Assembly: GCA_963664435.2 (NCBI GenBank)
Contig: CAXXKM010000001.1
Span: 1,152,001-1,216,000 of the forward strand
DNA from: Longimicrobiales bacterium
GTDB taxonomy: Bacteria > Gemmatimonadota > Gemmatimonadetes > Longimicrobiales > Gaopeijiaceae
DNA: 64,000 nt
Direction of reading: 5' to 3'
Shown piece after piece: positions 27,687 through 38,013 of the stretch; position 1 is the stretch's first letter, and the number at the start of each line of letters is the position of its first letter. The position numbers and the translations under genes are program-made. The notes beneath the pieces were generated by a model. The model saw nothing but the letters and a program-made list of their open reading frames with translations. It was not told where the DNA came from and searched no databases.

Positions 27687-30305
27687 ATGAACAGCTCCGC
27701 TTCGCCGCGCGGCCTCCTCCGCGTTCCGCTCCTCGCCCCCGCGCTTCTCCTGGTCCCTGGCCTCACGGCGGCCGCGCTGCTCTCCGGGCCGGTCCCGGCT
27801 GCGGCCGCCCAGCAGGGCTACGAGTACCCGGATCCGTTTCCCGGGGGCTACCCGTCGCTCGCCGGCGCCGGCGGCGCGGGGCGGATGTACATGGAGAGCT
27901 ACTTTCCCCCGCCGGTGACGGCTTCCCCCAGCTATCCGGCGTGGTCGCCCGACGGCGAGGAACTGGCCTTTGCGTACCAGGGCAGGATCTGGATCGTCCC
28001 GGTCGAGGGCGGGACCGCCCGCCAGTTGAGCACCGGCGCCGGCTACCATTCCCAGCCCAGCTGGTCGCCCGACGGGCGCCAGGTCGCCTACGCGGCCGAC
28101 ATCGACCGCAACTTCGACATCTTCGTGGTGGACGTCGCCACGGGCGCGTCGCGGCAGCTGACCGATCACCCGTTCCTGGACCTTCGGCCGCGCTGGTCGC
28201 CCGACGGCTCGCGCATCCTCTTCACCACCGAGCGCGACGGCACCTTCGACCTGTGGGTGTACGACCTGGCACGCGCGGTCGCAGAGCCGGTCATCGCCGA
28301 TCCCGACGTGAACGACATGGCCGGCGACTGGGTCGGCTCGAGCGGCGACATCGTCTTCGTGTCCCGGCGGGGCGAAGCGGCGCTGGGTTCGGGCTCGCTG
28401 TGGCGCTGGCGCGCCGAGACCGGGCAGTCCGAGCTGCTCATCCGCATCGAGACCAACTACCAGGCGGCGCCGGTCGTCGCCTCCCACGGCGGCATCGTCG
28501 CCTACATCACCGACGCGTCGGGCAACAACGACCTCTACAGCGTCCCCGCCGAGAAGTCGCCGCGCGGCATCCAGCCGGTGCGCCTCACGCATACGCGCAC
28601 GAACGAGTACTTTCCGTCATGGTCGCCGGATGGCGAGCGCATCGCGTTCGCGCGCAACGGCGGCACCGACGACCAGCCGCGCACCATCGACAACGGGATG
28701 GGCTTCGCGCTGTACACGGTCGGACGCGGCGGCGGCGCGCCGAAGCGGGTGCGCATCGACGACTACGCGTGGTCGCAACCGACCGGCAGGCTGCGGGTGC
28801 GCGTCACCGATTCCAGCGGCGAACTGCTGCCGTCGCGCATCTACCTGACGGGCGCCGACGGGCGCGCCTACTTCCCCAAAGGCAGCTATCCGCGCGTCGT
28901 CAGCGTAACCGAGGACTACTACTTCCACAGCGACGGCAGCTTCACCGCGACCCTTCCCGTCGGCGAGGCCCGCCTGGAGGCATGGCGCGGCTTCGAATAC
29001 GAGCCCGTCTACCGCTCCGCGGACGTGCGGGCCGGCGAGCACACCACCATCGAGGTCCAGCTCGACCGCTGGATCGACATGGCGGCGGACGGCTGGTACT
29101 CGGGCGACAACCACATCCATCCCAACTACGGCGGCCACTACTTCATCACCCCCGAGGACCTGCGCAACAAGGCCCATTCCGAAGACCTGAACGTGGCCAA
29201 CGGCATGATCGCCAACTACTGGGGCAACAGCCGGGTCGAGGATCTGGAGCACTTCCTCGGGCACCCTCATCCGCACACGGGCCCGCGGACCATCGTCTAT
29301 TACAACGAGGAATACAGGCCCAGCTACTTCGCCCACCTGTCGCTGCTGAACCTGACCGAACTCATCACGCCCTTCTACATCGGCTCGGTCGGCACCGCCC
29401 ACCACGCCCTCTATCCCGACAACGCCCACGTGCTCCGGCGCGTCCACGAGCAGGGCGGCATCGGTGGCTACGTGCATCCTTTCGGGCTCCGGCACCGCGA
29501 TCCCGACGCCGCTGGAGCCGGCTCCGCGCGCGAACTGCCCGTGGATGCCATTCTCGGTCTGGCGGACTTCGTGGACGTGGCCTGCATCTGGAGCGACGAG
29601 CTGGGAACGGCCGAGGTGTGGTACCGCCTCCTCAATACGGGGTCGCGGATCCCGGGAACGGCCGGCACGGACGTCATGTCGGACATCTGGCGGCACCCCG
29701 CCGTCGGCACCACGCGCACCTATGTCCACACCGGCGAGGACCACCTCGACTACGACGCCTGGGCCGACGCGATGGCGGCGGGACGCGCCTTCGTCACCAG
29801 CGGCCCCATCCTCACGCTCGATGTATCAGGCAAGGGAATGGGCGAGGAGCTGCAACTGTCCGGCGGAGAGGTGGTTACGGTCTCGGCAACAGCCCGATCG
29901 CTGTTCCCCATGCACCGGATGGAGATCATCCGCAACGGCGAAATCGTGCACACCGTCGAAGCCGCGGCGGATGGGAGGTCCCTCGGCGTGGAGCTCGAGA
30001 TGCCGGTGGAAGGATCAGGCTGGGTCGCCGCGCGCGCCCTGGGTCCGCCGCAGCACGGCGCCATGGACAGCTACCTGTTCGCGCACACCAACCCGGTCTT
30101 CCTCATCGCCGACGGCGAGCCCATCCGCTCCCCGGAGGACGCCGCCTTCTTCGTGCGCTGGATCGACCAGGTGCTGGACGAGCTTCGGGCCATGGACCGC
30201 TGGGACGACCCCGCGCACAAGGACGAGGTTCTCGCCACTTTCGAGGAGGGACGTCGCCTCTATCAGGCCCAGATCGACGACCCCGACGGGGCCGCGCCCG
30301 GGTAG
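27687..30305 (+). CDS. PD40/TolB-like propeller + CehA/McbA-like PHP metallohydrolase
   Basis: Signal peptide; several WSPDG repeats; GWYSGDNHIH, YVHP, AGTD, RTYV, FVTSGP, AHTNPV. Confidence 0.82.
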   Translation: MNSSASPRGLLRVPLLAPALLLVPGLTAAALLSGPVPAAAAQQGYEYPDPFPGGYPSLAGAGGAGRMYMESYFPPPVTASPSYPAWSPDGEELAFAYQGRIWIVPVEGGTARQLSTGAGYHSQPSWSPDGRQVAYAADIDRNFDIFVVDVATGASRQLTDHPFLDLRPRWSPDGSRILFTTERDGTFDLWVYDLARAVAEPVIADPDVNDMAGDWVGSSGDIVFVSRRGEAALGSGSLWRWRAETGQSELLIRIETNYQAAPVVASHGGIVAYITDASGNNDLYSVPAEKSPRGIQPVRLTHTRTNEYFPSWSPDGERIAFARNGGTDDQPRTIDNGMGFALYTVGRGGGAPKRVRIDDYAWSQPTGRLRVRVTDSSGELLPSRIYLTGADGRAYFPKGSYPRVVSVTEDYYFHSDGSFTATLPVGEARLEAWRGFEYEPVYRSADVRAGEHTTIEVQLDRWIDMAADGWYSGDNHIHPNYGGHYFITPEDLRNKAHSEDLNVANGMIANYWGNSRVEDLEHFLGHPHPHTGPRTIVYYNEEYRPSYFAHLSLLNLTELITPFYIGSVGTAHHALYPDNAHVLRRVHEQGGIGGYVHPFGLRHRDPDAAGAGSARELPVDAILGLADFVDVACIWSDELGTAEVWYRLLNTGSRIPGTAGTDVMSDIWRHPAVGTTRTYVHTGEDHLDYDAWADAMAAGRAFVTSGPILTLDVSGKGMGEELQLSGGEVVTVSATARSLFPMHRMEIIRNGEIVHTVEAAADGRSLGVELEMPVEGSGWVAARALGPPQHGAMDSYLFAHTNPVFLIADGEPIRSPEDAAFFVRWIDQVLDELRAMDRWDDPAHKDEVLATFEEGRRLYQAQIDDPDGAAPG

Positions 30306-30405
30306 ACGCCTCGACTCATCCGCCGTCGCATGGGGTCCCCGCGCCCTCCGGTTCGAGGTAGTTGAGCCCGGACTCGTCCTCCGCCGATCCCTGCCCGGCC
30401 CGAAT

Positions 30406-31377
30406 CTAGGACGCGGCCGTCGCCATCAGGTGGTCCACGTGATGGTCTTCGCTGCAGTCCGCGGCCGAAGTCTCGAGCTGAATCGTGATATGCTCGATTC
30501 CGAAGTCCTCGTATGCGATGTGCCGGATGCGGTCCAGCATCGCGTCGTGGTCCTCGTCGTGTTCGGGATCCACCAGCACGTGCGCGGTGAGTGCTTCGTA
30601 TCCGGGCGTCAGCGTCCAAACGTGGATATCGTGGATGACGGTGACACCGGCCAGTTCCTCGATCCTGCTGCACAGGCTATAGACGTCGACGTGTTCGGGA
30701 ACGCCTTCCAGCAGCACGTGGATCACCTTGGCGAGCAGGCGCCAGGTGCTGAGCAGAATCAGGATGGCCACCACGGCGCCGGAGATCGGGTCGGCGACAT
30801 CCCAGTCGTAGGCCCACACCAGGATCGCGGACACGACGACCGCGACCGAGCCCAGCAGATCGGCGATCACGTGCCTGTAGGCCGCCTCGACGTTGACGCT
30901 GTGTCTGGCGGAGGCGTGCAGCATCCAGGCGACCAGCGCGTTGATGCCGAACCCGATGGCCCCGATGATCAGCATCAGCCCGCCCTCGACATCGTGATCG
31001 TGATCGCCGGCGATGCCGCCCGTGATGCGGTCGTAGGCCTCGATCAGCACCAGCGTCGAGACCACCCACAGGGTGAGGGCGTTCACCAGCGCCGCCAGTA
31101 TTTCCGCTCGATGGTAGCCGAAGGTGCGGTGCGCGGTGGCTGCGCGGGCGGCGAAGTGAACGGCGAACAGGGCGAGCCCGATCGACGCCGCGTCGGTGAA
31201 CATGTGTCCGGCGTGCGCCAGCAGCGAAAGGCTTCCAGCGAGGACGCCGCCGACGATGTCGACGAGCATGTACCCCAGCTTCATGACCATGGCGATCGTG
31301 AGGGCGCGGATGCTCGCGCCGCGCAGTTCGTCCATGGGTTCGTGGCTGTGGGCGTGGTCGCGCGAGTTGGCGGTCAT
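30406..31377 (-). CDS. Cation diffusion facilitator (CzcD/ZitB-like Zn/Co/Cd exporter)
   Basis: His-rich N-terminus; intact HMFTD and HVIAD site-A motifs; TFGYHRAEILAA; HDIHVW. Confidence 0.92.
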   Translation of the reverse strand: MTANSRDHAHSHEPMDELRGASIRALTIAMVMKLGYMLVDIVGGVLAGSLSLLAHAGHMFTDAASIGLALFAVHFAARAATAHRTFGYHRAEILAALVNALTLWVVSTLVLIEAYDRITGGIAGDHDHDVEGGLMLIIGAIGFGINALVAWMLHASARHSVNVEAAYRHVIADLLGSVAVVVSAILVWAYDWDVADPISGAVVAILILLSTWRLLAKVIHVLLEGVPEHVDVYSLCSRIEELAGVTVIHDIHVWTLTPGYEALTAHVLVDPEHDEDHDAMLDRIRHIAYEDFGIEHITIQLETSAADCSEDHHVDHLMATAAS

Positions 31378-31474
31378 CGGGCCCTCCCGGGATGGCGGTG
31401 CGCTTTCCCTGCGGATTGGCAGGCATACTGGGGACCGCGTCGGCGAAAGTCCACGACGCGCCCGGTTCGAGCCC

Positions 31475-32071
31475 TCAGTGCCGGTGATCCTCACGCCCCT
31501 GGTGAAGGACCACATGCAGGAGGGTGCCCGCCACAAAGGCTTCCAGGAGCCTGCCGTCGACAACGGTCAGTTCCGTCATCAGGCCCGCGCCCACCAGGTA
31601 CCCCGCCAGCGTCGCACAGATGATCGCGGCGATCCCCGCGAACGCCATCGCCGCGCCGTGACGCGGCGCCACCAGCCACCAGATCAGCAATCCCAGCGCC
31701 ACCCGGTGCACCACCACCGCCATAACGAAGGCCGGGGACGCGCCCGCGGTGAGCGCGCTCCCTTCCACCAGCGCGTGCACGGAGAGGCCCAGCACGGCGA
31801 ACAGGATCGTGACGTCGTCCGTATGGCGCGCCAGGGTGTGCGACAGTCGCTCGACCACCGCGACCAGCCCGGCCCCGAGCGCGACCACCACGACGGGCAC
31901 CAGGCTCCGGTCGGCCCAGGCGTGCGGCAATACCTGGATCGCCACGAGCAGCGGCAACGCAACGATGACCGCCGCATCGAGCAGCCGGACGGTGCGCGCC
32001 CGGTGGTGCATCGTGACATAGATGAGCACCCCGGCCAAGGGGGCCAGCAGCGCTGAGACGATAGGGAGCAT
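31475..32071 (-). CDS. Hypothetical membrane protein, possibly ZIP-like metal permease
   Basis: Multiple TM helices; LSVHALVEG, VVHRV, AFVAGTLLHVVLH; upstream of the CDF gene on the same strand. Confidence 0.6.
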   Translation of the reverse strand: MLPIVSALLAPLAGVLIYVTMHHRARTVRLLDAAVIVALPLLVAIQVLPHAWADRSLVPVVVVALGAGLVAVVERLSHTLARHTDDVTILFAVLGLSVHALVEGSALTAGASPAFVMAVVVHRVALGLLIWWLVAPRHGAAMAFAGIAAIICATLAGYLVGAGLMTELTVVDGRLLEAFVAGTLLHVVLHQGREDHRH

Positions 32072-32168
32072 GGGCTACAACATTAGCGGTTTCGTCTGCT
32101 TGCGCGGAGGACCCCCGAGGGCTATTCCTCTACGGTTAGGCGTCTTCAGGATCGTGGAGAGGAATGTC

Positions 32169-34634
32169 ATGCGCGCAATCGCGGCATCCGGGCTCATCTC
32201 GGGACTTCTGCTGGCGAGCGGAAGCAGTTTCGTCGGCCCGGGTGCGTCCGGGCCCGATCGGGAACCGGCGACAGGCTTGGTCCGGCCCCATTCCGCCATC
32301 GCCAGCCACGGCTCCGGCACCATTTCCAACGACGAGCTCACCGCCGTGGTGGTACGCTACTGCCAGGTGTGCCACAACGACTTTCTCCAGACCGGCAACC
32401 TTTCCCTGATCGGCTTCGACGTCGCCGCCGCCTCGAGCGCGCCGGAGACGGCCGAGAAGATGATCCAGAAGCTGCGGGCCGAAATGATGCCGCCCCCGGG
32501 GATCCCGCGTCCGGGGGGCGACACCCTCCGGATGCTGGTCGAGACCCTCGAGGCCAACATGGACCGGGCGGCCGCCGAAGCCCCCAACCCGGGCGGCCGG
32601 ACCTTCCAGAGGCTGAACCGGGCCGAGTACCAGAGTTCCATCCGCGACCTTCTCGAGATGGATATCGACGCGGCCGACTTCCTGCCGCTCGACACCAAGA
32701 GCGCGAACTTCGACAACATCGCCGACGTGCAGGCGCTCTCGCCGACGCTCCTGAGCGCCTATCTCAAGGCGGCCAGCGAAATCTCGCGCCTCGCGGTCGG
32801 CAACCCGCTCGCGGGGAACCAGGAGACCACCTACCGCATCCCCCGGCTGGCTTCCCAGCGGGAGCGGGTGCCGGGCGCGCCCTATGGATCGCGCGGCGGC
32901 ACCTCGGTGGTACACAACTTCCCTGCCGACGGGACCTACGAGTTCAGCGTATCGTTCCACTACTCGCCGGAAGGCTACCTGTTCGGCCGCAACGAACCCG
33001 GCGAACAGGTCGACATCTCGATCGACGGCGAGCAGGTCGCACTGCTGCCGATCGACCGATTCATGGGCGAGGTCGATCCCGGCGGAAAGGGCCTGATCCT
33101 CGAGACCGGCCCCATCCAGGTGCGCGCCGGTCCCCACCGTGTCTCCGCGGTCTTCATCCCCACGGAGCGCGGCCCGGTGGACGACCTCTTCTCCGCGCAC
33201 GGCCACAGCATCGCCGACACCCAGATCGGCATCGGCTACGGGCTCTCCATGCCGCCCCACATCCGTGACCTGGTGATCAAGGGACCGGCCAGGGTGACGG
33301 GCGTTTCGGACACCCCCAGCCGCCGCAGGATCTTCTCCTGCCGTCCCACCGGGGCGGACGAGGTCCGGCCGTGTGCCCGCACCATCATCGAGCGGGTCGC
33401 GACCGACGCCTACCGCAGGCCGGTGGATGACGCGGACCTGGCCGGCCTCATGGCCTTCTACGACCAGGGCGCACAGGAGTCCGGCTTCGAAGGCGGGATC
33501 CGCTACGCGCTGGAGGCGATCCTGGCGAGCCCACACTTCATCTTCCGCTTCGAGGAGTGGCCGGAGGGGGTGGAGCCGGGCGAGACCTACCGCATCAGCG
33601 ACGTCGACCTGGCCTCCCGCCTCTCCTTCTTCCTGTGGGCCTCGCCTCCGGACCAGGAGCTGGCGGCCCTGGCGCGCGCCAACCGGCTTTCCGGCCGCGT
33701 GCTGCGCGAACAAACGCTGCGCATGCTGGCCGATCCCCGCTCGAGCGCGCTCAGCAGCCGCTTCGCCGCGCAGTGGCTGCGCCTCTCGGATCTGGAGAAG
33801 CTGAACCCGGACATGGTGCTCTTCCCGGACTACGACCAGCAGCTCGCCGATGCGCTCATTCGCGAGACCGAGCTGTTCTTCGACCACCTCTTCCAGGAAG
33901 ACCGGCCCGTCACCGAGTTCATCACCGCCGACTACACCTTCATCAACGAGCGCCTGGCCAACCACTACGGGATTCCCGGGGTGGTGGGCGAGGAGTTCCG
34001 CAAGGTGCAGTACCCGACGGAACGGCGCCGCGGCGTCTTCGGGCACGGCAGCGTCCTCGCGCAGAGTTCGCTCGCCAACCGCACTTCCCCGGTTCTGCGC
34101 GGGAAGTGGGTGATGGAGGTCATCCTCGGCACGCCGCCTCCTCCTCCGCCCCCGGGCATACCCGACCTCGACGAGACCGAGGGTTCCGAGGGCACGCGCA
34201 TGCTCACTACGCGCGAGCGCATGGAGATCCACCGCGCCAACGTCGTCTGCAACGCCTGCCATCAGTTCATGGATCCAATCGGGCTGGCGCTCGACAACTT
34301 CGACGTCACGGGCCGCTGGCGCATTCGCGAGAACGGCATCGCGCTCGACACCCGGGGCCAGCTCTACGACGGCACGCCGCTCACCAGCCCCACCGACCTG
34401 CACGAAACGATGCTGCGGCTGAGAACGCCGGTGTTGCGCAACTTCACGGCGAACCTGATGGCCTACGCCCTGGGACGCCGCGTGGAATACTACGACATGC
34501 CCGCCGTGCGCCGAATCGTGCAGCGGGCCGAAGAAGACGACTATCGTCCTTCCGAGTTCGTCCTCGGCATCGTCGAGAGCGATGCCTTCCGCATGCGCAA
34601 GGCGGCGGAACTGGCTACCGAAGCACAACGCTGA
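32169..34634 (+). CDS. DUF1587/1595/1592/1588/1585 (PSD/PSCyt) protein with two CxxCH motifs, copy 1
   Basis: CQVCH and CNACH; RLNRAEY...IRDL, FDN, LASRLSFFLW..PD, F..QWL, TSPVLRGKW, DPIGLALDNFD, YALGR. Confidence 0.9.
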   Translation: MRAIAASGLISGLLLASGSSFVGPGASGPDREPATGLVRPHSAIASHGSGTISNDELTAVVVRYCQVCHNDFLQTGNLSLIGFDVAAASSAPETAEKMIQKLRAEMMPPPGIPRPGGDTLRMLVETLEANMDRAAAEAPNPGGRTFQRLNRAEYQSSIRDLLEMDIDAADFLPLDTKSANFDNIADVQALSPTLLSAYLKAASEISRLAVGNPLAGNQETTYRIPRLASQRERVPGAPYGSRGGTSVVHNFPADGTYEFSVSFHYSPEGYLFGRNEPGEQVDISIDGEQVALLPIDRFMGEVDPGGKGLILETGPIQVRAGPHRVSAVFIPTERGPVDDLFSAHGHSIADTQIGIGYGLSMPPHIRDLVIKGPARVTGVSDTPSRRRIFSCRPTGADEVRPCARTIIERVATDAYRRPVDDADLAGLMAFYDQGAQESGFEGGIRYALEAILASPHFIFRFEEWPEGVEPGETYRISDVDLASRLSFFLWASPPDQELAALARANRLSGRVLREQTLRMLADPRSSALSSRFAAQWLRLSDLEKLNPDMVLFPDYDQQLADALIRETELFFDHLFQEDRPVTEFITADYTFINERLANHYGIPGVVGEEFRKVQYPTERRRGVFGHGSVLAQSSLANRTSPVLRGKWVMEVILGTPPPPPPPGIPDLDETEGSEGTRMLTTRERMEIHRANVVCNACHQFMDPIGLALDNFDVTGRWRIRENGIALDTRGQLYDGTPLTSPTDLHETMLRLRTPVLRNFTANLMAYALGRRVEYYDMPAVRRIVQRAEEDDYRPSEFVLGIVESDAFRMRKAAELATEAQR

Positions 34635-34690
34635 AGGCAGACCAAGAGACAGTTAGGCAGGGTACATCCCGTCACCGACAGGAGCACGAC

Positions 34691-36112
34691 ATGAAGTTCA
34701 TCACCGGAACCCACATTCCTCGACGGACATTCCTGCGAGGGTCGGGGATCGCGCTCGCGCTGCCCCTTCTCGACAGCATGATCCCGGCGGGCAGGCTCTG
34801 GGGCGACGCGGCCAGCGAAGTGCAGAAGCCGCGCCTGATCGCCATCGAGAACTCGCACGGAGCCGCGGGGAGCAACGAGTGGGGGGCAACCCAGAACCTT
34901 TGGGCTCCGGCGAAGCTGGGTCGCGACTTCGATCTGAGCCCGAGCGCGCTCAAGCCGCTCGAGGCCTTCCAGGATCGCCTGACGATCATCAGCAACACCG
35001 ATGTTCGCCAAGCGGAGGCCTTCGCGCCGAAGGAGATCGGGGCCGACCACTTCCGGTCCAGCGCCACCTTCCTGACCCAGGCGCATCCCCGGCGCACCGA
35101 GGGCTCCGACGTCTACGTCGGCACCTCGATGGATCAGCTCTTCGCCCAGCGCTTCGGCCAGGAGACCGCGATTCCCTCCATGCAGCTCTGCATTGAGAAC
35201 GTGGACCAGTCGGGCGGCTGCTCGTACGGGTACGCCTGCGCGTACACGGACTCCATCAGTTGGGCCTCTCCGACCGATCCGCTGCCCATGACCCGGGATC
35301 CCCGCGTGGCCTTCGACCAGCTCTTCGGAGCCGGGGGAACGCCCGAGGAGCGGGCGCGGCGGCGGCAAACCCAGAAGAGCATCCTGGACTGGGTGACCGA
35401 AGAAGTCGCGCGCCTGCGCACCGCGCTCCCGCCCGAGGACCGAATCCGGATGGAGCACTATCTGGAGGACGTGCGCGAGCTGGAGCGGCGCATCGAGCGG
35501 ACCGAGGCGCGCAACACGAGCGGATTCGAGCGCGAGCTGCCCGAGGCCCCGGTCGGCGTCCCGGACTCCTACACCGAGCATGTGCAGATGATGTTCGACC
35601 TGCAGGCGCTCGCCTTCCAGACCGACATGACCCGCGTCTTCTCGCTCAAGATGAGCCGCGACGTATCGTCCCGCGTCTTCCCCGAGAGCGGCTGCGAAGG
35701 CGGCTTCCACCCGCAGTCGCACGCTTCCGGCAACGAGGGCGTGCTGGGCTTCTACCAGATCAACCAGTACCACGTGGGTCTGCTGCCGTACCTGCTCGAG
35801 AAGCTCAACAACACGGCGGAAGTGGACGGCACGTTGCTCGACAACACGATGGTCGTCTACGGATCCCCCATGGGCGACGGCAACCTTCACAACCACCGGC
35901 GCGTGCCCTTCATCGTAGTGGGCGGACAGTCCATGGGGCTCGAGGGCGGGGTCCACGTCAAGGCCCCGGACGGTACGCCGCTGGCCAATGCCATGCTCAC
36001 CCTCCTCCACAAGCTGGGGCGGGACGACCTCGACAGCTTCGGCGACAGCACCGGCGAGATGCTGATGTCGCTCCCGACCTCCTACGCCGACGAAGTCAGT
36101 TCGAGTTCGTAG
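34691..36112 (+). CDS. DUF1552 family protein, copy 1
   Basis: GGAG RBS; IPRRTFLRG.G.ALALPLLDSM, GGCSYGYAC.Y...ISW, PR.AF..LFG, D.TRV, LLDNTM..YGS.MGDGNLH.H. Confidence 0.9.
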   Translation: MKFITGTHIPRRTFLRGSGIALALPLLDSMIPAGRLWGDAASEVQKPRLIAIENSHGAAGSNEWGATQNLWAPAKLGRDFDLSPSALKPLEAFQDRLTIISNTDVRQAEAFAPKEIGADHFRSSATFLTQAHPRRTEGSDVYVGTSMDQLFAQRFGQETAIPSMQLCIENVDQSGGCSYGYACAYTDSISWASPTDPLPMTRDPRVAFDQLFGAGGTPEERARRRQTQKSILDWVTEEVARLRTALPPEDRIRMEHYLEDVRELERRIERTEARNTSGFERELPEAPVGVPDSYTEHVQMMFDLQALAFQTDMTRVFSLKMSRDVSSRVFPESGCEGGFHPQSHASGNEGVLGFYQINQYHVGLLPYLLEKLNNTAEVDGTLLDNTMVVYGSPMGDGNLHNHRRVPFIVVGGQSMGLEGGVHVKAPDGTPLANAMLTLLHKLGRDDLDSFGDSTGEMLMSLPTSYADEVSSSS

Positions 36113-36197
36113 TCGAGAGAGGAGACGCTGGAACGAGCATCACTCACAGCCGGCTGACGGGCACGGAACCGAGAATGCGCACACGGAAGGAGAGCCG

Positions 36198-37985
36198 ATG
36201 AAGGCCGCATGGAAGATCAACCTGGTGTGTCTGACGCTGCTGATCTCGGCAGCCGTCCCGCCGGATTCGCCGGTAGCCGACGCGGCCATGCGCGGCGATG
36301 CCGACGAGGTGCGCGAGCTGCTGCGCACGGGGGCGGACGTAAACGCGGCCCAGGGCGACGGCATGACCGCGCTCCACTGGGCGGCGGATAACGGCCAGAC
36401 CGAACTGGCCGACGTCCTCGTGTTTGCGGGGGCTAACCTGGAGGCCACCACCCGGCTGGGCGGCTTCACGCCCCTCATGGTGGCCAGCCGCGCGGGCCAC
36501 GCCGGCATCGTGCGTCTGCTCGCGAATGCGGGCGCCAACCTCGAGGCGACCACCGAGACCGGCGAGACCGCGCTCCACTACGCCGCCTGGTCGGGCAACC
36601 CGGAGATCGCGGTGGCCCTGGCGGAGAAGGGCGCAGATGTCGACGTCCGGGAATCCGCCAACGGCCAGACCCCGCTCATGTTCGCCGCCGCCTACGGCCG
36701 GACCGACATGGTGGGCACGCTCCTCGAGGCGGGAGCGGACCCGTCGATCCAGACCAACGTGATCGACTATCCGGCCATGGCCCGCGAGGACCGCGAACTC
36801 ATCAAGCAACGGGACGCACGCCTCTCCGCTCTCTTTGGTGAAGACATCATTTCGGACACGCCCGTGGACGGAACCCGGGAGGACGACGACGAGGAGGAAG
36901 ACGACGAAGCGGAGGAGGAGGCCGAAGAGGAAGAGGATCGGCCGGCCGGGAGCGCCGCGACCCGCGGGCAGACCCGGGCCCGGTTGTCCTACGACCAGCT
37001 GGTCGGCAGGCAGGGCGGCAACACCGCGCTGCACTACGCGGTCCGCGAAGGCCACCACGACGTCGTCAAGACCCTCCTGGAAGGCGGCGCCGACATCGAC
37101 CGGATCACCGGCGGCGACCTGAGTTCCCCCCTGCTCATGGCGACCCTGAACGGGCACTTCGACCTCGCCATGTGGCTGCTGGAACAGGGCGCCGACCCCA
37201 ACCTGCAGAGCGATCCGGGAGCGACGCCCCTCTACGCCGCCGTCCACCTGCAGTGGGTTCCCAAGTCCTTCTACCCGCAGCCCACCGCGATCAAGCAGGA
37301 GAACACCACCTACCTGGAGCTCATGAAGGCGCTGCTCGACGCGGGCGCCGACCCCAACGTGCGGCTGCAGCGCCACCTCTGGTACACCTCCTTCAACCAC
37401 AACGTCCTGGGCGTCGACACCTGGGGCGCCACGCCCTTCTGGCGCGCGGCCTACGGCACCGACGTGGACGCGATGAGGCTGCTGGTTGCGTACGGAGCCG
37501 ACTACACCACCCCCACCTTCCGCCCGCCGGGACGTCCCGCGACCGGAAACGGCCGCGACGACAGCGAGAAGAAGCCGGATCCATCGGGGCTGCCCGAGGT
37601 GGCGATCGGAGGCCCGGGCGTGCAGCCCATCCACGCGGCCTCCGGAGTCGGCTATGGCCTGGGCCTGGCCGGCAACGCCCATCGCCACGCCCCCAACGGC
37701 TGGCTCCCGTCGGTGCGCTACCTGATCGAGGAGCTGGGCGCGGACGTGAACGCGCGCGACTACAACGGTTTCTCCCCCCTGCACAACGCGGCGGCCCGCG
37801 GAGACCGCGAGCTGATCGAGTACCTGGTCGGGCGCGGCGCGGACGTCACCGTGCTCACGCGCAAGGGCGAGACCACCGCCGACATGGCCAACGGTCCGGT
37901 GCAGCGCGTCACCGTCTTCCCGGAGATCGTCGCGCTGCTTGAGAGGCTGGGCTCGGAGAACAACGACAACTGCGTGTCCTGCTGA
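36198..37985 (+). CDS. Secreted ankyrin-repeat protein with C-terminal CxxC, copy 1
   Basis: Signal peptide; GMTALHWAA, GFTPLMVA, GETALHYAA, GQTPLMFAA etc.; acidic tract; ends NNDNCVSC. Confidence 0.93.
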   Translation: MKAAWKINLVCLTLLISAAVPPDSPVADAAMRGDADEVRELLRTGADVNAAQGDGMTALHWAADNGQTELADVLVFAGANLEATTRLGGFTPLMVASRAGHAGIVRLLANAGANLEATTETGETALHYAAWSGNPEIAVALAEKGADVDVRESANGQTPLMFAAAYGRTDMVGTLLEAGADPSIQTNVIDYPAMAREDRELIKQRDARLSALFGEDIISDTPVDGTREDDDEEEDDEAEEEAEEEEDRPAGSAATRGQTRARLSYDQLVGRQGGNTALHYAVREGHHDVVKTLLEGGADIDRITGGDLSSPLLMATLNGHFDLAMWLLEQGADPNLQSDPGATPLYAAVHLQWVPKSFYPQPTAIKQENTTYLELMKALLDAGADPNVRLQRHLWYTSFNHNVLGVDTWGATPFWRAAYGTDVDAMRLLVAYGADYTTPTFRPPGRPATGNGRDDSEKKPDPSGLPEVAIGGPGVQPIHAASGVGYGLGLAGNAHRHAPNGWLPSVRYLIEELGADVNARDYNGFSPLHNAAARGDRELIEYLVGRGADVTVLTRKGETTADMANGPVQRVTVFPEIVALLERLGSENNDNCVSC

Positions 37986-38013
37986 CGGACTGGAGGTTCT
38001 TCCAAGAGGACGA

